46,577 nt of DNA from an uncultured Desulfobacula sp. (GTDB lineage Bacteria > Desulfobacterota > Desulfobacteria > Desulfobacterales > Desulfobacteraceae), in NCBI GenBank assembly GCA_964459195.1, contig CAYWNB010000004.1:2639-49215 (forward strand). The letters run 5' to 3'. This document shows, in pieces, positions 9,926-19,779 of the stretch (position 1 is the first letter of the stretch; every line of letters starts with the position of its first letter). The translations under genes were made by a program, and so were the position numbers. The notes beneath the pieces were generated by a model. It had not been told where the DNA came from. It worked only from the letters and a program-made list of their open reading frames with translations, and searched no databases.

Positions 9926-10147
9926 CCATAGGCTTATGCTCAACATCTAACCAATCGCCTTTAAATTTTGATCGCTCTGGAAGAACCTGGCCCGTTGGGA
10001 CGGCCTCTATCCCGAAGCCCAGGACCTGGAGAAGATTCAACAATACATGCATGATGTCATGGAAATTGGTAACATCGTTGATCTTGAAAAATTCATTGAA
10101 AACCGCTTTGCCAATCAGGCTTACAATATATAGACGAGGTGTTGTCC

Positions 10148-10735
10148 ATGAAAATTACAGACCCGCAAGTCATTGAAAATGGAGAAAAAGACCTGATTAA
10201 TGCCGTACAAAAAGATCTGGATCTGGATACAGTCAAACAGATTCTCAAGAATCGCATGGGGGCTTCCACCCTCTCTTCAAAGGGGGGTCAGATAGTGGTT
10301 CACAACAATAAAATCGCTTTCAGGCTGGACTTTGATATCAATTTAAGCGGCAGCCTTCTCTTTGACAGGGAGGGCGATTATATTGATGACTCCGGGGAGG
10401 AGGAACTCCTTGAACCTGCCAGGGACCCGGAAATGGCCTTGGAAAGATTTGATACCAAGGATGCACTCACCGATAAAGGAATAGATGAGCCCCCATATGA
10501 TGGAATCCGCTTGGTTGACACAGGACTATACGAAACCGATCCCGACGAGATCAATACCGCTGAACCAGATCTATCCGATCAAGAGGAAGTGGACACCCAA
10601 AACTTGGAAAATGAGAGCCTGGAAGGTAACTATCTTGCGGATGAAGCTGTGCTTCAAGAAGAGATATTTGACGATGATATCAATGGTATTCTCAAAGAAA
10701 GCCGTGAATTCTGGAAACAAAGAAAGGATTCCTAA
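10148..10735 (+). CDS. Hypothetical protein: ~85-aa N-terminal domain plus a long, highly acidic (D/E-rich), probably disordered tail
   Basis: Track ORF 10139..10735. I prefer the ATG at 10148, preceded by AGGTG. No family recognised. Confidence 0.5.
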   Translation: MKITDPQVIENGEKDLINAVQKDLDLDTVKQILKNRMGASTLSSKGGQIVVHNNKIAFRLDFDINLSGSLLFDREGDYIDDSGEEELLEPARDPEMALERFDTKDALTDKGIDEPPYDGIRLVDTGLYETDPDEINTAEPDLSDQEEVDTQNLENESLEGNYLADEAVLQEEIFDDDINGILKESREFWKQRKDS

Positions 10736-10780
10736 CCATGATTAAAATACCTGGCAGCAAAATCTGCTGCCACCGCCGCC

Positions 10781-10897
10781 ATGGCCATTGAATTGGCCGG
10801 GCGTAATCAGGATATAAACAACCCGAATGAAAAATTTTTAACCCTTGAGAAAGAATGTCAAAATATAGTGACGTTCATTAAAGGATTTGCTCCATAA
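10781..10897 (+). CDS. Possible 38-aa small ORF (MAIELAGRNQDINNPNEKFLTLEKECQNIVTFIKGFAP) whose stop overlaps the DUF2058 start (TAATG)
   Basis: Open frame with a TAATG overlap with the next gene. There is no convincing SD and it is below the track length cutoff. Confidence 0.2.
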   Translation: MAIELAGRNQDINNPNEKFLTLEKECQNIVTFIKGFAP

Positions 10898-11379
10898 TGG
10901 GAACATCGTTTCAAGACCAGCTGCTTAAATCAGGACTTGTGAATAAAAAACAGGTCAAAAAAATCTCGCATGAAAAACGTGCCAACCGCAAAAGAAATCA
11001 AGGGGCTCCCCCCTCTCCTGAAATAAATAAAGCATTAGAGGAAAAGCTGGCCAAAGAAAAACGCAACCGAGAACTCAACCAAGAACTCAATAAAGAAAAA
11101 AAGAAACGTGAACGACTGGCCCAGGTCCGGCAGCTCATTGAAACAAACCGTTTGGATATAGAAGATGATGATGAACCCTATTACTTTGCCCTGGGGAAAA
11201 AAATTAAAAAATTGTATGTAAATAAAGAGATTGCCAGGAAACTAAGTCTTGGGCAATTGGCCATTGTTCACCTTGATGACCATTTCGAAATTGTACCTGC
11301 CAAGGCGGCCCATCAGATCGCCAGCCGTGATAAGGATGCACTGGTGGTACTGCACAGCCCCGAAGACCCGAGGGAATAA
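10897..11379 (+). CDS. DUF2058 (YaiL-like) protein
   Basis: MGTSFQDQLLKSGLVNKKQVKK, then a lysine-rich region, then a C-terminal conserved domain; 160 aa. Confidence 0.7.
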   Translation: MGTSFQDQLLKSGLVNKKQVKKISHEKRANRKRNQGAPPSPEINKALEEKLAKEKRNRELNQELNKEKKKRERLAQVRQLIETNRLDIEDDDEPYYFALGKKIKKLYVNKEIARKLSLGQLAIVHLDDHFEIVPAKAAHQIASRDKDALVVLHSPEDPRE

Positions 11380-11380
11380 A

Positions 11381-12106
11381 ATGAGTTTAAACTTTGAAGA
11401 AATAGATTTTCGTTCAACGCCCATCGGCAACCTGATGCTGCGGCGCCGCAAGTTGCTCCAGCTTGGGGGCCTTGATATATATGAGGTAAAACTTGGTGAG
11501 GATTTTTTGATGTCAAGCTTGTTCCATGAAGCAGAATCTCAATTGGCCAAACTGGGGCTCAATCTATTAAAAAATAAAAATTTAGACGTTGTGGTCGGCG
11601 GTCTCGGGCTTGGGTACACAGCTGTTTCTGCCTTGGAAGATCCCCGGGTGAAATCCCTTGTGGTTGTGGAGTATTTAGAAGGGGTCATCGAGTGGCACCA
11701 AAAGGGACTTGTTCCCTTAGGCAAAATTTTGACAAAGGATTCCCGCTGCCAATTGCTCAATGCCGACTTTTTTGCCCTGTCCTCTGACCTGTCAAAAAGC
11801 TTTGACCCGAACCAGCCCACAAAGAAGCATGATGCCATTCTTCTGGATATAGATCACACACCGACCCGGGTATTACACCAGACAAACACCCGTTTTTATA
11901 CCGAAGAGGGGCTGGGGGAACTGGCCCAGCATTTAAAGCCCGGCGGCGTATTTGCCCTTTGGGCCGATGGACCGCCGGAGGCATCCTTTACCCGTCACCT
12001 TTGCAAGGTATTTGCAACGGCCCAGTCCCACACCATCGTGTTTGATAATCCCATAACCGGCGGTTCCTCGGAGGGTGCTGTTTACACGGCACAGGTGGGT
12101 CTGTAA
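11381..12106 (+). CDS. Spermidine-synthase-like (SpeE-fold) SAM-dependent methyltransferase/aminopropyltransferase family protein
   Basis: Internal ATG at 11381, one nt after the DUF2058 stop. VVVGGLGLGYTA (SAM-binding G-loop) and ILLDIDHTP motifs. The track ORF N-terminal extension overlaps the upstream gene. Confidence 0.65.
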   Translation: MSLNFEEIDFRSTPIGNLMLRRRKLLQLGGLDIYEVKLGEDFLMSSLFHEAESQLAKLGLNLLKNKNLDVVVGGLGLGYTAVSALEDPRVKSLVVVEYLEGVIEWHQKGLVPLGKILTKDSRCQLLNADFFALSSDLSKSFDPNQPTKKHDAILLDIDHTPTRVLHQTNTRFYTEEGLGELAQHLKPGGVFALWADGPPEASFTRHLCKVFATAQSHTIVFDNPITGGSSEGAVYTAQVGL

Positions 12107-12144
12107 GGCCATCACTACAAATGAATCCTATTTGCCTGCAGAGT

Positions 12145-13587
12145 TCATGGCGGATCAATTTTTCCGGCTGCCAGGGCAAGGCGGGTTGCGGCCAACTTGT
12201 AATCATGGACAGCCTTGATTTCATGGGTCAAACTCTGCTGCACCATGACCTGGGCATCCAGAAGATCGGTAATGGTAAACAGACCACTGTTATATCGGTT
12301 TTTCACGATGCGCAAAGACTCTCGTGACTGGCCTACGGCTGCCTGGTTCACTTGAATGCGCTTCCAGGCGCTCTGGGCATTGAAAAATGCCTGGCGGGTT
12401 TCCCCGCAGATCTGCTGTTCCATGCCACGCAGAAGGGTCTTGGTCTGATTGAGGTTCATTTGTGCCTCCCGCACTTTTGCCGAGATCCGGCCTCCGGTGA
12501 ACAAGGGCATGGAGACGATGGCACCAATGGTATAGTTGGTTGCCGCACCATCAAAATCCTCTGAATTGATCTCATAATTTCCTGCCAGACTCACCGATGG
12601 ATTCCGGGATGCCTTGGATTTGTCTATCTCTTTTTGGGCAATCTGTCGCTGAAAAGCCAGATGCTTAAGATCCGGCCGATGGGACAGGGCAGTGCTGATC
12701 CAGGTATCCAGGCTGCCGGCGATGGGATCACCGGCCCTGAGGGGAGTTGACAGGGTATAATTCACATCTCCTGCAACCCCCATGGCAACATTCAGTCGGC
12801 ATTTGGCAATATCGGTCTGACTTTTGGCCTCGGCCAGCTGTTGTTCCAGGTCGGCAATCTGAACCTGAGCGCGCAGCAGATCGCTTTTCGCCACAAAGCC
12901 CCCGTCATACCGGGATTGTACCATTTTCAAGTGGGAACGGGCAGTGTCTGAAATCTGCCGGATAACGATTTTGTTTTCCCGGGCAAACAAGGCGCCAATA
13001 TAGCAGGTAATGGTATTGGCAATCACCTGCTGCCGAGTACGTTCGTTAAAAAGCGCTGCTGCCTCCTGGTTCAAATGGGCCTGCTGAAGGCCATACCAGG
13101 TCTGGCCGCTGTCATACACAGGCCAGGCAACAGAAAGGTTCGATGCATAATTTGTGATACCGTCCGGGTTATTGAGCCGGTCAGGATCAAAATCCTGGGC
13201 AGTGATGGACCCCTGGTTCAGTTTTGCCCCAAAGGCCCACATGGGATTGGTGGTACGGCTGGACTGTCCTGAAAGATGAACCTGGGGCATTGCACCTGAA
13301 CGGGCCTGGATAACCTTTTCCTGGGCGGAAAGGACCCCAAAGCCTGCGGCCTGGAGGCTTGGGTTGCTGTCCAGTGTCATTTCAACCGCCCGGGAAAGTG
13401 TCAACTCCAACACCGGGTCCGACACCGGGTCCGATATCAGGTCCGAGGCCAGGCCCTGAACCGAAGAGACCAGGAGCCATACCGTCATAACCCAACCGGC
13501 CATAACCCTTATGGACCAGAGGCATAAAAAACCGTTGTTCAATTGTAATGTCATTGGTTCTTCCTTAATTATTTGGGCGGTAGTCAT
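12145..13587 (-). CDS. TolC-family outer membrane efflux protein (OMF)
   Basis: 480 aa with the typical OEP repeat architecture. The start overlaps the RND stop (TAATG). It is the last gene of the MFP-RND-OMF operon. Confidence 0.85.
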   Translation of the reverse strand: MTTAQIIKEEPMTLQLNNGFLCLWSIRVMAGWVMTVWLLVSSVQGLASDLISDPVSDPVLELTLSRAVEMTLDSNPSLQAAGFGVLSAQEKVIQARSGAMPQVHLSGQSSRTTNPMWAFGAKLNQGSITAQDFDPDRLNNPDGITNYASNLSVAWPVYDSGQTWYGLQQAHLNQEAAALFNERTRQQVIANTITCYIGALFARENKIVIRQISDTARSHLKMVQSRYDGGFVAKSDLLRAQVQIADLEQQLAEAKSQTDIAKCRLNVAMGVAGDVNYTLSTPLRAGDPIAGSLDTWISTALSHRPDLKHLAFQRQIAQKEIDKSKASRNPSVSLAGNYEINSEDFDGAATNYTIGAIVSMPLFTGGRISAKVREAQMNLNQTKTLLRGMEQQICGETRQAFFNAQSAWKRIQVNQAAVGQSRESLRIVKNRYNSGLFTITDLLDAQVMVQQSLTHEIKAVHDYKLAATRLALAAGKIDPP

Positions 13588-16500
13588 TATTCAGATTCTG
13601 CCTCTTTGACCGCAAGGTGCTTATGGGCCGCTTCCCAGCGTTTATCCATAAAATACAAAATCGGTACCGTCATCCGTGAAAACAGCAAAGAGGCCACCTC
13701 TCCGGCCATGAGGGATATGGCAAGTCCCTGAAAAATCGGATCAAAGAGAATGACCGAAGCCCCCACAACCACGGCGGCGGCGGTCAGCATCATGGGACGA
13801 AATCGGACGGCACCGGCATCAATGACCGCCTGGTCCAGGGGCATGCCCTGGGCGATCCTCAGCTCAATAAAATCCACCAGGATGATGGAATTTCGCACCA
13901 CAATTCCGGCACCTGCAATGAAACCGATCATGGAGGTGGCCGTAAAAAATGCCCCCATGGCCCAGTGGGCTGGGAGAATCCCGATCAGGGAAAAGGGAAT
14001 TGCCACCATGATCACAAAAGGCGTTGAAAACGACTGGAACCATCCCACCACTAGGACAAAGATCAGGACCAGGACAACGGCAAAAGCCAGGCCCAGATCC
14101 CTGAATACCTCGTAGGTGATGTGCCATTCCCCGTCCCATTTCATGGCCAGATGCCGGTCGGTTTCCGGCAGGGCTGCCGTGTGCTGGACAATGCCGTATC
14201 CTTCAGGTGTTGTGATGGCATCTATTTTTTTCCACATTTCCAGGATAGCATAGACCGGGCTTTCCTTGGCGCCGGCCACATCAGCCGTCACATGGATGAC
14301 CGGCATAAGATTTTTATGATAGATGCTCCTGTCCAATTGGGTCTGTCGCACACGCAGCAGGGAGGACAGGTCCACCAGACTGCCGTCGGCAGCCGGCACC
14401 TTGATAGCCCCGAGCCGGTCCACACCTGCCCGGGTGGCAAGCGACGGCTGGAGCACAATGGAAACATCTTCTTTTTCCAGGGACTTATGGAGCAGGCCGG
14501 CAGTTTGTCCCTCCAGAACGAGCTGCAGTGTCCGGGCGATCCTGCCAACACTGATACCGTGGAGGGCCGCCTTTTCCTGGTCAATATCCAGCTGAAATCG
14601 TGTCTGTTCCTCTTCCATGTACCAGTCCACATCCACCACGCCGTCCGTGGTTTCGAAAATATCCCGCACCTTGAGGGCCAGTTCTTTTTGGCGATCATAG
14701 TCCGGGCCATAAATCTCGGCCACAAGCGTTGACAACACCGGAGGCCCCGGGGGGACTTCAGCTATTTTGACCCTTGCCCCGTAACGATCGGCAATAATTT
14801 TCAAGGGATCTCTCACCCGTTTGGCAATCCCATGGCTCTGCTGTTTGCGCCTGCCCTTGCCGGCAAGGTTGACCTGAATATCTGCCATACCAGGCCCCGA
14901 TCTCAGGTCATAATGACGAACCAGGCCGTTGAAATTATAGGGGCCAGCTGTTCCCGAATGGATCTGGAAATCCACCACCTCGTTGACGGTTTTAAGATAC
15001 TCCCCCATTTCCATGGCCGCCGAGGTGGTTTCCTCAAGGGTAGCCGTCTCTGGCATATCCAGGATCACCTGGAATTCACTCTTATTATCAAAGGGCAGCA
15101 TCTTGACCCGGACCAGCCCCGCGACGACCAGGGCACAGGCCAGGAAAAGAAGTCCTGCTACCCCCCCCAAGAAAAGCCCATCGTACCAAAGGCTTGTGAA
15201 GCAGAGGATCCATGACCTTCCGATAAAGCCGTATGGACCAGTCTTCCTTGTGCGGGTCTCCATCCCCCCCGTGCTTGTCCGGCCTTATCATTCGCACCGA
15301 TGCCCAGGGCGTGACAATAAAGGCCACCAAAAGTGAAAAAAACATGGCGGCCGAAGCCCCCATGGGAATCGGCCGCATATAGGGCCCCATGAGACCGCCG
15401 ACAAAGGCCATGGGTAAGATAGCAGCAATGACGGCCAGGGTGGCCAGGATCGTGGGGTTGCCCACTTCATCCACGGCTTCTATGGCCACCGTGAAATGAG
15501 AACGACCATGGTTTTCCTCCAGCCGATAATGGCGCACCACATTTTCCACCACCACGATGGCATCATCCACCAGAATACCAATGGAAAAAATCAGGGCAAA
15601 CAGGGTGATGCGGTTCAGGGTATAGCCGTACAGATAAAAGGTCGTCAGGGTCAGGGCCAGGGTAACGGGAATGGCAAAAGCCACCACATAGGATTCCCGG
15701 TGACCCAGGGTAAACCAGATGAGAATGATCACCGACACCACGGCAATGAGCATGTGAAACAACAGTTCATTGGATTTTTCCTTGGCCGTCTCACCATAAT
15801 GGCGGGTGATGGTCATATGAATATTGTCCGGGATGATCCGTCCTCTTGCATCCTCAACTCGTTCCAATACTTTTTCTGCCACACTGATGGCGTTGGTGCC
15901 CTTGCGCTTGGCCACGGTCAGGGTGACAGCAGGCCAGACCCCCCTGGATGCATCCTCGGTCTGGATCTGTTTTTCAGCAGCGGCAGGGCCGGTACCAAAA
16001 AAAACATATTGGGACGGATCCCCTGGCCCATCTTCAATGACGGCCACATCCCTCAGATAAACCGGCCGACCCTTGTAAACATTTATCACCACCCGGCCCA
16101 CATCTTGGGCATCCTTGAGAAGACCGCCTGTGTGGACCACCACCTGCCCCTGGCGGGAGGGGAAACTGCCTGAATCCGATGCCTGGTTGGCTGCGGCCAC
16201 AATGCCTGCAACCTGTTCCATGTCCAGACCATAGGCTGAAAGACGCACAGGGTCGAGACGAACATTCACCTGACGCTGTTCACCGCCGATAATGGTGGTG
16301 ATGGATACATTGGGCTCCTGCTTGACCCGGTCCTCCACCTCTGCCACCAGTCGTCTGAGCTGGTAATGATCCACTTCTTCGCTCCAAAACGTCAGGGCCA
16401 GGATGGGAACGTCATCAATATATCGGGGCCGGATCAGCGGCGGGCTTACGCCGGAAGGAATCCTGTCATAATTGGCCGTCAGCTTGGCTTGAAGCCGGAC

Positions 16501-16836
16501 AATGGCCCCCTCCTGGTCCTGTCCCACCAGAAAACGAACCACGACCATAGACATGCCCGGCATGGAGGTCGAGTAAATGTATTCCACACCCGGGATTTCC
16601 CAGAGAAACTTTTCCATGGGTTTGGTGACCCGCTGTTCCACCTCTTTGGCCGAAGCCCCGGGCATTTTCACAAACACATCAATCATGGGAACGATGATCT
16701 GGGGCTCTTCCTCCCTGGGCAGGGCAATGACCGCTGCAATTCCCAAAAGAATCGAAGCAATGATAATCAAAGGGGTCAGTTTGGAATCAATGAAAAATGA
16801 GGCAATTTTTCCAGCCGGACCAAGCTTTGCTGTCAT
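13587..16836 (-). pseudogene. RND (AcrB/HAE-type) efflux permease split into two overlapping ORFs by a 1-nt frameshift in a G8 run. This could be a pseudogene, a phase-variable gene or an assembly error.
   Basis: Track ORFs 15088..16836 (N-terminal part) and 13587..15263 (C-terminal part). Both frames read ..FLGG.. across cccccccc (15161-15168). Removing one G gives a continuous ~1082-aa protein: ..[40 protein letters not shown].. Confidence 0.85.
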
Positions 16837-18005
16837 GATGCATCCTCAATAGTCATGCCATTTCTTACGCCTGGAGGCGGTGACACAAGATACCGGGTTC
16901 CGGGTTTCATCCCGGATATGATTTCAATCTTATCCTTAAAATGCCTGCCCGTTCTCATCAGGCGAAATCTTGCGACCCCCCCTCCATCCACCAAAAAGTA
17001 TCCGGTAAGCTGCCCCTGCACCACCTGGGCGGATTCAGGGATCAGCAGCATGCCGACTTCCCCCACGGGGATACTGACCCTGGCAAACATGCCGGACCGC
17101 AGCAATACATCTTCCGGAAGGATGACCTTGACCGTAAACGAGCGGCTGGTCCGGTCTGCCATGGGAAAAATCGTTTTTATGGTACCCGAGATCAACGGAG
17201 AATCCGGCTGGGCAGGTATGCCGACCTCCAGAGACTGACCAATTTGCACCATCTGGATATAATGCTCCGGCAGCACCAGCTCGGCCTGGAAGCCGCCTGT
17301 TCCCTCCAGGGTAAGCAAGGGGGTTCCGGGGGATGCCAGATCCCCAACGGTGATCATTTTTGCGGTCACTATCCCGTCATAGGGGGCCAGGATGGTGGCA
17401 TCCTTCTGGGAAATGCCGGCCCCAAAAACAGCGGCCCTTGCCTGGGCAATCCGGGACTGGGCCGCCGCCACCATGGCGTCTGCCTGGGACAGGGATGCCT
17501 GGGACTGACGATGACGAGCCTCAACCTCTTCAAACTCCTGGCGGGTAGCGGATTCTTCCTGGTACAACTTTTGATACCGCTTATAAGTGGCATCGGCAAG
17601 GTCTGCACCTGCCTGGGCCGCATTTCTGGCCGCAATGGCAGCGGATGCCGCTTTCCTGGTTTCTGACAGCGTGGCCTGGCTTTGACGCAGTCCCGCATCC
17701 ACCTGTCTTTTATCCAGGACAACCAGAACATCCCCTTGCCGGACCGAATCTCCCTCCCTGACATTGACAGCCTTGACCGTTCCCATGATTTTGCCGGATA
17801 GGGTGCTGGCGGTCTGAGCGGAGATGGTGCCGAGGGCTTCGTAAACAAAGGGCTGGTTACTGACGACCGCCACAGCCACATCGGCCTTGATGGAGGACAA
17901 AGGACCGGGCAATGTGGTGCCGGGTTCTATTTTGTCCTCGCAACCCGTTAAAAACGTGAGGATTCCCAAGAAGATCCATATCCAGCACAAGGATTTCCTA
18001 ACCAT
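16833..18005 (-). CDS. RND efflux periplasmic adaptor (MFP/HlyD family) lipoprotein
   Basis: Lipobox LTFLTGC. Barrel-sandwich/coiled-coil pattern. ATGA overlap with the RND gene. Confidence 0.85.
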   Translation of the reverse strand: MVRKSLCWIWIFLGILTFLTGCEDKIEPGTTLPGPLSSIKADVAVAVVSNQPFVYEALGTISAQTASTLSGKIMGTVKAVNVREGDSVRQGDVLVVLDKRQVDAGLRQSQATLSETRKAASAAIAARNAAQAGADLADATYKRYQKLYQEESATRQEFEEVEARHRQSQASLSQADAMVAAAQSRIAQARAAVFGAGISQKDATILAPYDGIVTAKMITVGDLASPGTPLLTLEGTGGFQAELVLPEHYIQMVQIGQSLEVGIPAQPDSPLISGTIKTIFPMADRTSRSFTVKVILPEDVLLRSGMFARVSIPVGEVGMLLIPESAQVVQGQLTGYFLVDGGGVARFRLMRTGRHFKDKIEIISGMKPGTRYLVSPPPGVRNGMTIEDAS

Positions 18006-18085
18006 GGTTTGCTCCTTTTATATTTATCAAACGGTGATCTCTCGTTGATTATTGATCGCTAAATCATCCAGCGGATCATTCTGAG

Positions 18086-18889
18086 TTATGCGGCTTTGAT
18101 CATTTCGCGTCGCCGTCTGTACTCGTAGATAATGGCACCGAGAACCGTCAGGAGGATAAAAACAACGGCCAGGGCGTTCATGGCCGGGCTGATAAAACTG
18201 CGCAATTTGGTGCCGATATAAATGGGTAATGTTTGCTCAACACCAATGGCAAAAAGGGTGGTGTTATAGTTATCAAAAGACTGCATAAACGCCAGGGCCA
18301 TGGATGAGATCAGGGCGGGTCTCAAAAAGGGCAGGGTTATTTTCCAGAAAACCTGGCCATGGGTGGCGCCCAGGTCAAAGGCCGCCTCTTCCTGGGTCAG
18401 GTCAAAGCGCTGGGCCCGGGACATGATCAAAAGCATGCAATAGGAGGAGATAAAGGTCGATTGGCCTAGAATTGCGGTCCATAAACCGCCGGGGATATCC
18501 ATATAACTGTCCCAAAACAAAAAGGTTGAAATTCCCAGGATAATCCCCGGAGTCAGGATGGGAGACACCAGGACGCCGTATACAAAATTGCGGGCCTTAA
18601 ACTGCAGCCGGGTCAGCAGCAAGGCCCCGCCAAGTCCAATGGGGACAGATATTGCGACTACTGAAAATGCAACCAGAAAGCTGTTCCAAAGGGCACTCCA
18701 CATCTGCTCATCCTTGGCCAGCTCTCCAAACCACATCAGTGTAAACCCTTTCCAGGGCGTGATCTGAGGAATATCATTGGCATTAAAGGCAATAATTGTC
18801 ATGAAAATAAGGGGCAAAAACATATAGGCAAAAAACAAGGTCAGATAAAGGCCTATTATAATTCTGAAAATGGATTTGGATGATTTCAT
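18086..18889 (-). CDS. potC: ABC transporter permease, PotC-like
   Basis: 267-aa, 6-TM binding-protein-dependent permease; last gene of the pot-like operon. Confidence 0.7.
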   Translation of the reverse strand: MKSSKSIFRIIIGLYLTLFFAYMFLPLIFMTIIAFNANDIPQITPWKGFTLMWFGELAKDEQMWSALWNSFLVAFSVVAISVPIGLGGALLLTRLQFKARNFVYGVLVSPILTPGIILGISTFLFWDSYMDIPGGLWTAILGQSTFISSYCMLLIMSRAQRFDLTQEEAAFDLGATHGQVFWKITLPFLRPALISSMALAFMQSFDNYNTTLFAIGVEQTLPIYIGTKLRSFISPAMNALAVVFILLTVLGAIIYEYRRRREMIKAA

Positions 18890-19779
18890 TGGGTAAGCTC
18901 TTTCAAACCGACTTTAAATAATTTAAGCATCATAAACATAAAAACGACACAAAGCAGCATCAAGACGGTTGCGTAGGCCGCCCCCAGATTCCAGTTGGCA
19001 CACTCAAAATTGGTGTTGATGACCTGGGTGAACCAAAAACTGCTGGGGCTGCCCAACAACTGTGGCGCGGCAACGGTTCCGGCTGCCAGCATAAACGTCA
19101 TGGTGCAGCCCACGGCGATGCCGGGTTTGGCATGGGGCATGACAATTTTATAGTGAATGCGCAGCCAGGATGCGCCAAGATCCCGGGCAGCATCCAGCTG
19201 ATTTCTATCCAGACTCTCCATGACATTGTATATGGGGAAAACCATAAAAAGGATATAAGCATAGGTCATCCCTAAAATAACGGCCCCGTTGCCCATACGA
19301 AAATTAATGGGATCCGCAATAATCCCTAGGAATATGAGAAATTGATTCAAGATGCCCATATCTGCCAAAATGATTTGCCAGGCAAACAACCGTAGCAATT
19401 CATTGATCCAATAGGGGATTATCAATCCCAACATCAATAAACCTATTTTTGCACCCCGGGCCACCTTGGCAAGGTAAAAAGCGATGGGGTAGCAGATGGT
19501 AAGGGCTGTAACGGTGACGATGAGACTGGACCATATGGTTTTAAAAAAAATCGCCATGTGCAATCGATTGGTAAAAAACACCATATAATTTTTCAGGGTC
19601 CAAACGTCTTTGGGGCCGCCGATATCCCGCAGTGGCAACATGGGTCTCAGGGAATAATCAAACATGATCAGCTGGGGGATTAAAATCATGAACACCACCC
19701 AGACACCCACGGTAATCAAAATATATGCGACGCCTATTTTACCCAGGTCCTTTAGGGCTGTATTCCAGAAATCACGCAA
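18886..19779 (-). CDS. potB: ABC transporter permease, PotB-like
   Basis: 297-aa permease containing DAARDLGASW (EAA-loop-like); overlaps its neighbours. Confidence 0.7.
   Translation of the reverse strand: MRDFWNTALKDLGKIGVAYILITVGVWVVFMILIPQLIMFDYSLRPMLPLRDIGGPKDVWTLKNYMVFFTNRLHMAIFFKTIWSSLIVTVTALTICYPIAFYLAKVARGAKIGLLMLGLIIPYWINELLRLFAWQIILADMGILNQFLIFLGIIADPINFRMGNGAVILGMTYAYILFMVFPIYNVMESLDRNQLDAARDLGASWLRIHYKIVMPHAKPGIAVGCTMTFMLAAGTVAAPQLLGSPSSFWFTQVINTNFECANWNLGAAYATVLMLLCVVFMFMMLKLFKVGLKELTQ

Noticed and set aside
10733-10741. Possible stop-codon read-through or Sec at TAA-CCA-TGA joining the acidic protein to the downstream 52-codon frame
   Set aside because: Two stops one codon apart, the first being TAA, cannot be explained by Sec decoding. 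There is no Cys-type motif context.
11249-11380. N-terminal extensions of track ORFs (11249, 24210, 27007, 29515, 31180, 35391, 39638 and 44181 starts)
   Set aside because: Each extension overlaps the preceding gene or lacks an SD. An internal ATG gives the canonical family N-terminus (for example MFENLSDRL for Ffh, MGDRRLSRE for NusB, MDFTVLSLFPEL for TrmD).
15088-15263. Programmed ribosomal frameshifting as the explanation for the split RND gene
   Set aside because: Restoring the frame needs a +1 shift on a G-run. I see no slippery heptamer, rare-codon or stop stall, or downstream stimulator of the known types. Homopolymer length error or variation is the simpler explanation, so this stays a finding rather than a recoding claim.
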